Assembly (NCBI GenBank): GCA_046350855.1
Contig: JAXLZM010000004.1
Location: forward strand, 10,491-74,490
DNA from: Candidatus Anderseniibacteriota bacterium
GTDB lineage: Bacteria > Patescibacteriota > JAUYIX01
DNA length: 64,000 nt
Direction: 5' to 3'
Below, in pieces: positions 57,783-64,000 of the stretch. The notes below the pieces were generated by a model that did no database searches, was not told the DNA's origin, and worked only from the letters and a program-made list of their open reading frames with translations. The stretch's first letter is position 1; the number at the start of each line of letters is the position of its first letter. Position numbers and translations under genes: made by a program.

Positions 57783-58184
57783 TTAGTGGCAGCCGAGCGA
57801 CTCGTAGCCGCGGTCAACACGACACAATTTGGGTCGGCCATTGGCAAACCAAGTATCCCAGTTTTTGGTCTGACACTCCTCGTAGGTAGCATCAATCGTG
57901 ATATCCGGCGGAGTACCTTTTTCGTGACAGCGCCCGGTTCGAGCATCGAGTTCGTTTCCATTGGGCTGAACATACTTGTACCAATGCTGATTTTTTTTAC
58001 AGTCACCGCGTGTCATGAGGGGCACAGTCCCGGTCGCCAAATAGCAGGAGCCCGCCTCTTTACTGGTCAGGTTAAAATTGACAAAGGTTCCGCCCAGACC
58101 AGAAAACCCAAGTACGAGCCAGGTCCCAGCTCCGAGCACAAGGACTACCGCGATCACTAACAAAATTTTAGTGGAAGTTTTCAT
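57783..58184 (-). CDS. Small secreted Cys-rich protein (133 aa, 6 Cys after the signal peptide)
   Basis: ORF trimmed to MKTSTKILLVIAVVLVLGAGTW.... Six cysteines sit in the mature part. Confidence 0.5.
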   Translation of the reverse strand: MKTSTKILLVIAVVLVLGAGTWLVLGFSGLGGTFVNFNLTSKEAGSCYLATGTVPLMTRGDCKKNQHWYKYVQPNGNELDARTGRCHEKGTPPDITIDATYEECQTKNWDTWFANGRPKLCRVDRGYESLGCH

Positions 58185-58306
58185 ACAACTAGGGTAGCAC
58201 ATGGTCCCTAGACAGCCGCCTCCCCTCGTGTAGTATCCGAGCCAGCCAGTGCATGGTTTCGATCGTGCACCCTGTCCATTACTAGTGTGTAAAGGAGACA
58301 AAAGTC

Positions 58307-59023
58307 ATGACTTCGGACACGACTTCGGCTTCGGCAGAACAAAACAACCTTGACTACGTCCTCGGCAATAAGCTGGTGCGGCTCGGTGGGTTGCATCCGA
58401 CGGAGTTCGACCAGCTGATGCGCAAAACGCTCGGAGCGGTACGGCCGCGCGATTTACGCGGTTTTGAGCCCCTCCGTAGCCTACTCAGTACTCCCGCTGA
58501 CTCCGATCCCTATTTGGTGGTCGATAAAACCACCCAGCTACTCTGGTCAGGTGCGGATGATAAGTTCACCCTGGACTCGCAGATAGCCTCTCTGGGCAGG
58601 GGGCTTGTGGGCCAAGAGCTTGAGTATCGCCGACACGAGACCAACGAGACAACGTGGGTACGAGTAATAGCAGAACAATGGGGCAAGTCCGCCTATCTCC
58701 TAGGAGGAAAGCGTGTACAACTCCTCCTGAGACGTACTCCAGATCACCGCAGGGCCGACGAGAACTTGATCGTTGCAACGTACGCGTTTAACAAAGTACT
58801 GCACCAAAAGCGGTATGTGATCCATGAGATCGAGGTTTGTCCGCTACCGCTTGAGAAATTTAGATCGCACTTTGGTTGCGACTACCCGCGATTGGCGTAC
58901 GACTTGCTGTCAGAACTGCGCCTGCTCTACCACAGAACGCTCGATGGTCTGGAGTCCGACGCCAGAGTGATCCGCCGCGATGCCGAAAAGCTCGAGCGAC
59001 TCACAAGCTCGATCTCGGACTAG
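58307..59023 (+). CDS. Hypothetical protein (238 aa)
   Basis: No recognisable domain. An intrinsic terminator follows the stop. Confidence 0.5.
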   Translation: MTSDTTSASAEQNNLDYVLGNKLVRLGGLHPTEFDQLMRKTLGAVRPRDLRGFEPLRSLLSTPADSDPYLVVDKTTQLLWSGADDKFTLDSQIASLGRGLVGQELEYRRHETNETTWVRVIAEQWGKSAYLLGGKRVQLLLRRTPDHRRADENLIVATYAFNKVLHQKRYVIHEIEVCPLPLEKFRSHFGCDYPRLAYDLLSELRLLYHRTLDGLESDARVIRRDAEKLERLTSSISD

Positions 59024-59044
59024 TCCTATTAGGTAACGTAGAAG

Positions 59045-59079
59045 CCCTCTCGGTTTTTTATCGGGAGGGTTTTTTCTTA
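59045..59079 (+). terminator. Rho-independent terminator after the 58307..59023 gene
   Basis: CCCTCtCG-gttttttat-CGgGAGGG stem-loop followed by TTTTTTCTT. Confidence 0.6.
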
Positions 59080-59159
59080 GCTCGGCATCGAGAACATAGA
59101 CCGCACGAGGTGTTTTTGGACTTGTCACGTTTGTAGACTGCCCTACAGAGCCAAAAATA

Positions 59160-59191
59160 AATCGGGGGATGTTTTTTAGCATCCCCCGATT
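59160..59191 (-). terminator. Rho-independent terminator after the RHH gene
   Basis: AATCGGGGGATG-ttttttag-CATCCCCCGATT is a 12-bp perfect stem. In the minus orientation it is followed by TTATTTTTGG. It lies 6 nt past the stop at 59197. Confidence 0.7.
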
Positions 59192-59196
59192 GACGA

Positions 59197-59448
59197 CTAC
59201 TTGGTGACCGGAATGGTCGTAACGACCTTGAGTGTCTCGCCTTGGGCGAGCTTGGCCAAGACGTAGTCGTAGAGACGCAAGGCGTTGCGTAGAACCTCAC
59301 CCTTGTTCTTGAGACCAGCCTTCTTTTGCATGTACTCGATGCGCCGGTACACCGAATCAGGGATTTCTAGCACAACTTGCTGACGCTTCTCTTTCTTAGT
59401 TCTTTTCTTCAAGACGATGCCCTTTCTGTAGCTTGTGGAACCGATCAA
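59197..59448 (-). CDS. Ribbon-helix-helix (CopG/Arc/MetJ-like) DNA-binding protein
   Basis: A beta-strand QVVLEIPDSVYRRIE is followed by helices YMQKKAGL and KGEVLRNALRLYDYV. The TTG start overlaps the TGA of the upstream gene (TTGA). Confidence 0.5.
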   Translation of the reverse strand: MIGSTSYRKGIVLKKRTKKEKRQQVVLEIPDSVYRRIEYMQKKAGLKNKGEVLRNALRLYDYVLAKLAQGETLKVVTTIPVTK

Positions 59449-59699
59449 GTTGACCTGAGAGAGTCTTTTGAGAACAGACAGCCAACGATATGGATGTGTA
59501 GGGAGGCACCCAGAGTCGTTAGGCCATGGCGGGACACGCGACCGATAGCATCGTGACCGACTCTCGGCTGAATATCGTGCAAGCCCTCGAGTGCTGACAC
59601 AACCAGCTCTCTTTTTTCAGCTGCATCCGGCCGTGTTGACTTGGCCAAGTTCGGCCTACTAAAGGGAAGCAACTTACCTAGTTCTTCTTTGTGTGCCAT
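59445..59699 (-). CDS. Hypothetical protein (84 aa) of unknown function, co-transcribed with the RHH gene
   Basis: An ATG at 59699 has a strong SD (AGGAGAGG) 5 nt upstream. No TM segment and no recognisable family. Confidence 0.45.
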   Translation of the reverse strand: MAHKEELGKLLPFSRPNLAKSTRPDAAEKRELVVSALEGLHDIQPRVGHDAIGRVSRHGLTTLGASLHIHIVGCLFSKDSLRST

Positions 59700-59760
59700 T
59701 TGCCTCTCCTGATAAAGAACCACCGCACCAAACTACTTCTTGAGAAATAATTTTGTGCCG

Positions 59761-59834
59761 TGGCAGGCGAGGAGGGAATCGAACCCCCGACGACGGTTTT
59801 GGAGACCGACGTGATACCACTTCACCACTCGCCC
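59761..59834 (-). tRNA. tRNA-Trp (anticodon CCA)
   Basis: A 74-nt cloverleaf: GGGCGAG acceptor stem (G1-U72), D-arm GTGA-AGTGGTA-TCAC, anticodon loop CTCCAAA, T-arm GGGGG-TTCGATT-CCCTC, 3' CTCGCCT-G-CCA. Confidence 0.75.
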
Positions 59835-59937
59835 GTGCCCTCGACTGTACGTAAGAGCGGGCCATGCGTCAATTAAAAATCCGGGTGAACGATCAGACCG
59901 ACCGTTCACCCGTGTACTCGTAGTAAGCATTCCCCTA

Positions 59938-60057
59938 CTAGCCGAGCGCGTAGGGATCACCCCGCACCGCCGAGATCGCGACGATCGCCAGCATGGCGAT
60001 AAAGAAACAGACCACAAAGACAACCCCTCCGATCCCGAGCCAAAACAACCACGACAT
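59938..60057 (-). CDS. Candidate small membrane peptide (39 aa), below the ORF-track length cutoff
   Basis: An ATG with a strong SD (AGGAGGTGG, 5-nt spacer). The product is MSWLFWLGIGGVVFVVCFFIAMLAIVAISAVRGDPYALG, a single TM helix. Confidence 0.35.
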   Translation of the reverse strand: MSWLFWLGIGGVVFVVCFFIAMLAIVAISAVRGDPYALG

Positions 60058-60109
60058 AGGCCACCTCCTAAGCGAACCCTACGGAGTTGGTGTCAATTTG
60101 GCAAGTAGC

Positions 60110-61027
60110 CTACTCGAGCGAGAAGATCACTAAGCCGTAGTCATTGTTGAACTCATCCAGCAAGACCGAGTCGATCTCGCAGTTTTCTGCCGCTTTAGAA
60201 GGCGGATTTATGTCTTCGAGTTGGCCGGGCTGGCAGGTTTCGGCTGGCTTTGACGTTCCCTCCGGTTGTAATTTTGCGATACCAATCTCGTTAGATCCGT
60301 TAGGAGTGTCGTTGGTGTAATCAGAGCGCCGGTAAAAAGAAATCACCACATCGCCGTTGGTCATAACGATCTGGAGCTCCATTAAGAGCGCGGGGTCATC
60401 CGGCAAAGCACTCTGAGTAGAAAAACTATAGTAGTACATACCCCTAAAGGATCCATCAGCCGACTCGATGTAGGTCGGATTGGTTGCTGCCGCTACCCCT
60501 GCATTAACCGGCGGAACCACAAGGATCTCTTTACCTACTGCACGATTTTTATATACGTCCAATAGTTTGGTGGCGTCTGGTACGCGACTATCTTGTTGAT
60601 CGGTGGCGGCAAGAATGTCTTCTATCTTTGCAATGCGCACTGACCTAAACGCATTGGAGCCCTCTGGCAGGTTAAAATCAAACGTGAGGCCCTCTTCGGC
60701 AAATCCGTAGAGCGAGTTGCCTACACCGGTGGTACTGTCCACTTTGGGAGAACCCCACTCCGGTGGGTAGCTAAAACTCAGATCGTAGTCTTTGCCGTTA
60801 TAGGTTTTCCAGTCGCTCGGGACCGTGTCGCTGGATTCTTTATCGGTGTTGGTTGGCACAACCTCCGTACTGTTGGCTGTATCCTCCTGCGCAGACCGCG
60901 CACTATCGTCCGTGGGTTCGGCCTGGCCCATCAAAAAGTACCAGCCAAAAAAGATGCCGGCACCAAGCAGAATCCCGCCCAGCAGACTGAGTGAGATCGC
61001 GAGACCTAATTTGGAAGTGTGTGACAT
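60110..61027 (-). CDS. Hypothetical membrane-anchored extracytoplasmic protein (305 aa)
   Basis: Trimmed to the Met at MSHTSKLGLAISLSLLGGILLGAGIFFGWYF (TM segment). The upstream part of the track ORF would overlap the convergent DsbB-like gene. Confidence 0.5.
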   Translation of the reverse strand: MSHTSKLGLAISLSLLGGILLGAGIFFGWYFLMGQAEPTDDSARSAQEDTANSTEVVPTNTDKESSDTVPSDWKTYNGKDYDLSFSYPPEWGSPKVDSTTGVGNSLYGFAEEGLTFDFNLPEGSNAFRSVRIAKIEDILAATDQQDSRVPDATKLLDVYKNRAVGKEILVVPPVNAGVAAATNPTYIESADGSFRGMYYYSFSTQSALPDDPALLMELQIVMTNGDVVISFYRRSDYTNDTPNGSNEIGIAKLQPEGTSKPAETCQPGQLEDINPPSKAAENCEIDSVLLDEFNNDYGLVIFSLE

Positions 61028-61060
61028 GCAGCGAGTATACCAGAGTGGTACACTGCCGGC

Positions 61061-61504
61061 ATGCTTCAAAAACGCACAGCCGTACTCTATTTTGCTTGGG
61101 CCGTTTCGCTGGCGGGCTTGCTGGGTAGCTTGTACTACAGCGAAATCCGCCACCTCGTGCCCTGCGTTTTGTGCTGGTACCAGCGCATCTGCCTGTATCC
61201 GCTCGCAGTCATTTTTGCGGTGGGCCTTCTCAAAAAAGACAAGTACCTCCCCTACTATGTCTTGCCGCTCTCGTTGATCGGTGGGGGCATCGCACTCTTC
61301 CACTACCTCTTACAGCTCGGAATTATTCCGGACTCGTTAGCGCCCTGCACACAAGGCATCTCCTGCGCCTCGGTGTACGTCGAGTATTTTGGGTTCATCA
61401 CGATCCCCTTTATGTCACTGGTCGCCTTTACAATCATCTCGATCTGCATGTGGCTTACCCTCCGATGGAACAAAGCAGCTTCAGCCACTAATACACTCGC
61501 ATGA
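61061..61504 (+). CDS. Disulfide bond formation protein B (DsbB/BdbC family)
   Basis: Four TM helices with CVLCWYQR (a CxxC pair in the first loop) and a second Cys pair (APCTQGISC). Confidence 0.8.
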   Translation: MLQKRTAVLYFAWAVSLAGLLGSLYYSEIRHLVPCVLCWYQRICLYPLAVIFAVGLLKKDKYLPYYVLPLSLIGGGIALFHYLLQLGIIPDSLAPCTQGISCASVYVEYFGFITIPFMSLVAFTIISICMWLTLRWNKAASATNTLA

Positions 61505-62169
61505 ACGTCAAAGTAATCATTGGTATCGTCGTCGGTACCGCCCTCTTGATTGGGGGGCTCGTATTTTGGGGTAACAAAACCATCCCAACTAAACTCGGCA
61601 CCAAAACGGATGGGGCGGCGCAATTAGTGCGTGAGTATAGTCCGGCGATCGGTGCGACCACGGAAGTTGCTAAAGTAACGCTGGTTGAATTTGGTGACTT
61701 TGAATGCCCGGCTTGTGCCGGCGCAGCTCCAATTTTACGAGAGCTGGTCAAGCAAACAAAAGACCTGCGCTTAGTTTTTAGGCATTTTCCGCTCGACCAG
61801 CACCTCAACGCTGAGACGGTTGCTAAGGCGGCCGAGGCGGCCAACGCCCAGGGCAAGTTTTGGGAGCTCTACGACCTCGCCTATGCCCGGCAGAGTGAGT
61901 GGAACAGCCTCTCGATCAAGGACGCCGAGGCCAAGTTTGAGTCATACGCGGCTGAACTCGGACTCGATCTGGAGCGTTTTAAACAAGACCGCACTAAGGC
62001 AGCACTCCTCGATCATATTCGACTCGACAAAGGTGAAGGGTTGGCACTCGGCGTGACCGCGACCCCTACGCTCTATTTAAACGGCACCAAGTACGAGGGT
62101 GACCGCGACCTCGAGTCGCTCAAAAAAGCGGTGGCTGCGGCTCGCACGAGTCCCGCGCCGGCTGACTAA
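61501..62169 (+). CDS. DsbA-like thiol:disulfide oxidoreductase (thioredoxin fold)
   Basis: N-terminal TM segment/signal and a CPAC active site (FGDFECPACAG). Its start overlaps the dsbB-like gene's stop. Confidence 0.8.
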   Translation: MNVKVIIGIVVGTALLIGGLVFWGNKTIPTKLGTKTDGAAQLVREYSPAIGATTEVAKVTLVEFGDFECPACAGAAPILRELVKQTKDLRLVFRHFPLDQHLNAETVAKAAEAANAQGKFWELYDLAYARQSEWNSLSIKDAEAKFESYAAELGLDLERFKQDRTKAALLDHIRLDKGEGLALGVTATPTLYLNGTKYEGDRDLESLKKAVAAARTSPAPAD

Positions 62170-63542
62170 GCCGTTCCCCTGCCCTTGATAATCAGCTTGA
62201 CCGTGCGGATCACGATCGCGATGTCCAGGGCGAGCGAACGGTTTTTTAAGTAGTAGAGGTCGTACTGGATTTTTTCGAGCGTGTCACGCTCGGAGGCACT
62301 GGTCAGCACGTTACGCACCTGGGCCCAACCGGTCATGCCCGGCTTGATCATGTGCCGCTCGTGGTAGAACGGAATTTTTTGCTCCAGGCGCTGGACGTTC
62401 TCTAGGTACTCGGCGCGCGGGCCAATAAAGTTCATGTCACCCGCGACGATGTTGAGGAGTTGCGGCAGTTCATCCAGATGGGTCTTGCGGAGGATGCGAC
62501 CAACCGAGGTGACCCGTGGATCGTTGGTGCCCGTGATCAAGCCGCTGCCGACCTGCGCTGCATTAGGGACCATGGTACGGAACTTATAAAACCTAAACGG
62601 TCGACCCCAGAGGCCGACTCGCTCGGTTTTTTCGACAAAAATGGGCCCGCGGCTGGTGAGCTGCTGGGCGATGATAATAATCGGCCAGAGCGGTGCGGAG
62701 ATGAGGAGAAAAAACAACCCCAGCCCACGATTAACAAATTCTTCGCCGTAGCGTCTAAACTCGCTGCGCTGTCCGAGGTTGGCAAAGAGCATGTTGAGCT
62801 GTCCCACGTGTTGGACGGGGGTCATACCGGTGAGCTCCTCGTAGAGATCGGTCAACTCGCGCACGTGGATGCCACGACGTTTAAGGGTCACGACGGCACG
62901 GACCAGTCGATCATCGGCCGAACCCTGTGTGCCCAATACGATCGTGTCGACTTTGCCGGCGCGGACCAAGGCGGGCAGCTCAGCTAGGGTGACCAACGGG
63001 AGGGTACCGGACAGGGCGCGTGGTCGTGGCGCCAAAATACCCGCCACGTGGTAGGGCGAGTGAGCACGCTCGGCCAAAAGAGTGACGACTTCGAGTGCAC
63101 TGGGGTCGGTGCCCACCACGAGCAAATTCTCCTTAAGAGAACGCGAAACGAGCGCCCGACCGTAGACGATGCGCGCCAACCAAAGCAGCAGCACGATCAA
63201 GAGAGCCGCCACCACCAACGCACGGGCCGAAAACTCCGGTGCACCAGGCAGAACAAAAAACAAAAAGCCTGTCGCCACGCCCCCGGCGCCCGCCGCGAGC
63301 ACCATTGCACTCAGACCCTTCCAAGGAGTTACGATCTCCTCCAAGTGGTAGCCCTGCACAAAATAGACCGCCAACAAAAAGACGATCACCGGCAAGACAA
63401 AGTACCAGGTGTCGCCAAATACGAGTTCATCAAAATAGCCTGGACGAGTCGCCACCCGCAGGGCCACGAGCAAGGCACCCGTAATCAACAAAGCGTCGAC
63501 TACCAGGAGTAGCACCTTTCGCGTAAGCGTCTTGGAGGCCAT
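62166..63542 (-). CDS. Polyprenyl-phosphate glycosyl-1-phosphate transferase (bacterial sugar transferase, WbaP/EpsB family)
   Basis: N-terminal TM helices and the C-terminal Bac_transf domain (...[36 protein letters not shown]...). Confidence 0.88.
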   Translation of the reverse strand: MASKTLTRKVLLLVVDALLITGALLVALRVATRPGYFDELVFGDTWYFVLPVIVFLLAVYFVQGYHLEEIVTPWKGLSAMVLAAGAGGVATGFLFFVLPGAPEFSARALVVAALLIVLLLWLARIVYGRALVSRSLKENLLVVGTDPSALEVVTLLAERAHSPYHVAGILAPRPRALSGTLPLVTLAELPALVRAGKVDTIVLGTQGSADDRLVRAVVTLKRRGIHVRELTDLYEELTGMTPVQHVGQLNMLFANLGQRSEFRRYGEEFVNRGLGLFFLLISAPLWPIIIIAQQLTSRGPIFVEKTERVGLWGRPFRFYKFRTMVPNAAQVGSGLITGTNDPRVTSVGRILRKTHLDELPQLLNIVAGDMNFIGPRAEYLENVQRLEQKIPFYHERHMIKPGMTGWAQVRNVLTSASERDTLEKIQYDLYYLKNRSLALDIAIVIRTVKLIIKGRGTA

Positions 63543-63554
63543 TGGCCTAGTCCC

Positions 63555-63725
63555 CTATTTCTTTTTTGATTTGAGCTTAGTCTCCTTGTGCGGTGTGTGC
63601 TTTTTGCAGTGTTTGCAGTACTTATTGGAGAGCAGTTTTTCCTTAACCAAGCGCGATTTGTGCGTGTGGTAGTTGATTCGTTTACAGGCAGAACAGCTCA
63701 AGCCCAAAAGGCGTTCTTGTGACAT
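63555..63725 (-). CDS. rpmG: 50S ribosomal protein L33
   Basis: MSQERLLGLSCSACKRINYHTHKSRLVKEKLLSNKYCKHCKKHTPHKETK is the L33 zinc-ribbon (C-x2-C...C-x2-C). Trimmed to the internal Met. Confidence 0.8.
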   Translation of the reverse strand: MSQERLLGLSCSACKRINYHTHKSRLVKEKLLSNKYCKHCKKHTPHKETKLKSKKK

Positions 63726-63781
63726 AGGTGCACAGTAAACCGCATCCCGCCCCAGATTGCAAGGCCGCATGTCGCAAAGAC

Positions 63782-63855
63782 TGGAGCCCTCGCGCAGAAT
63801 CGGACTGCGGTATCGCCCTTACCATGGGCGCGCTCTACCACTGAGCTACGAGGGC
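63782..63855 (-). tRNA. tRNA-Thr (anticodon GGT)
   Basis: A 74-nt cloverleaf: GCCCTCG/CGAGGGC acceptor, D-arm GCTC-AGTGGTA-GAGC, anticodon arm CGCCC-ATGGTAA-GGGCG, T-arm CGCAG-TCCGATT-CTGCG, encoded CCA. The T-loop has C at position 55. Confidence 0.7.
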
Positions 63856-63914
63856 ACGCGCGTCATTCTTACCTACCCGTGAGGCATTGTCTACTTTTCT
63901 AAATAATTTTTCAC

Positions 63915-63989
63915 TGGAGCCGGCGGTCGGATTTGAACCGACGACCTACTGTTTACAAAACAGTTGCTCTACCACTGAGCTACGCCGGC
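63915..63989 (-). tRNA. tRNA-Thr (anticodon TGT)
   Basis: A 75-nt cloverleaf: GCCGGCG/CGCCGGC acceptor, anticodon arm ACTGT-TTTGTAA-ACAGT, T-arm GTCGG-TTCAAAT-CCGAC, encoded CCA. Confidence 0.8.
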
Positions 63990-64000
63990 GTCGTTGACAT

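Noticed and set aside
59733-60023. 96-aa minus-strand ORF
   Set aside because: It overlaps the tRNA-Trp gene (59761..59834), and its Arg/Ser-rich composition looks like a spurious frame.
1-64000. CRISPR arrays, transposases, integrases and phage structural genes
   Set aside because: No short regularly spaced direct repeats with unique spacers were seen. The only large repeat array is in-frame coding sequence in the giant gene. No ORF showed transposase (DDE), integrase (tyrosine or serine recombinase) or phage capsid/terminase motifs.

Overview
A GC-rich 64-kb chromosomal window from a bacterium using the standard genetic code (TGA is used as a stop codon). The gene content looks monoderm- or CPR/Patescibacteria-like: a sortase, several CWB2 cell-wall-binding repeat proteins, a DUF2207 protein, and a Firmicutes-type hrcA-grpE-dnaK-dnaJ operon with a CIRCE operator. 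The lineage cannot be fixed from sequence alone. Recognisable housekeeping blocks are the heat-shock operon (1.4-5.9 kb), a 2-oxoacid:ferredoxin oxidoreductase pair with a nearby ferredoxin (12.5-16.2 kb), a reduced mraZ-ftsL-ftsI-murF cluster with no rsmH (19.7-23.8 kb), rplJ-rplL with a leader region, mltG, uppS, a DsbB/DsbA pair, rpmG, and six tRNAs (Lys, Glu, Trp, two Thr, all on the minus strand). The most striking feature is an 11.4-kb gene (43025..54427, minus) encoding a 3,800-aa protein. It has an N-terminal membrane anchor and signal, a collagen-like Gly-X-Y segment, and an ~8-kb array of near-identical tandem modules of 447 and 864 bp. An ATP-grasp gene lies immediately upstream of it. 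A glycosyltransferase set lies downstream: two GT2 genes and a multi-pass, GT-C-like membrane protein translationally coupled to one of them. Other accessory features include three large CWB2-repeat surface proteins, a duplicated 3' fragment of the ATP-grasp gene lying 4.5 kb away, a small cassette of a ribbon-helix-helix gene plus an unknown 84-aa gene beside tRNA-Trp, a Cys-rich secreted protein, and candidate operator palindromes upstream of mraZ and of a winged-helix regulator. No CRISPR array, transposase or integrase was recognised.
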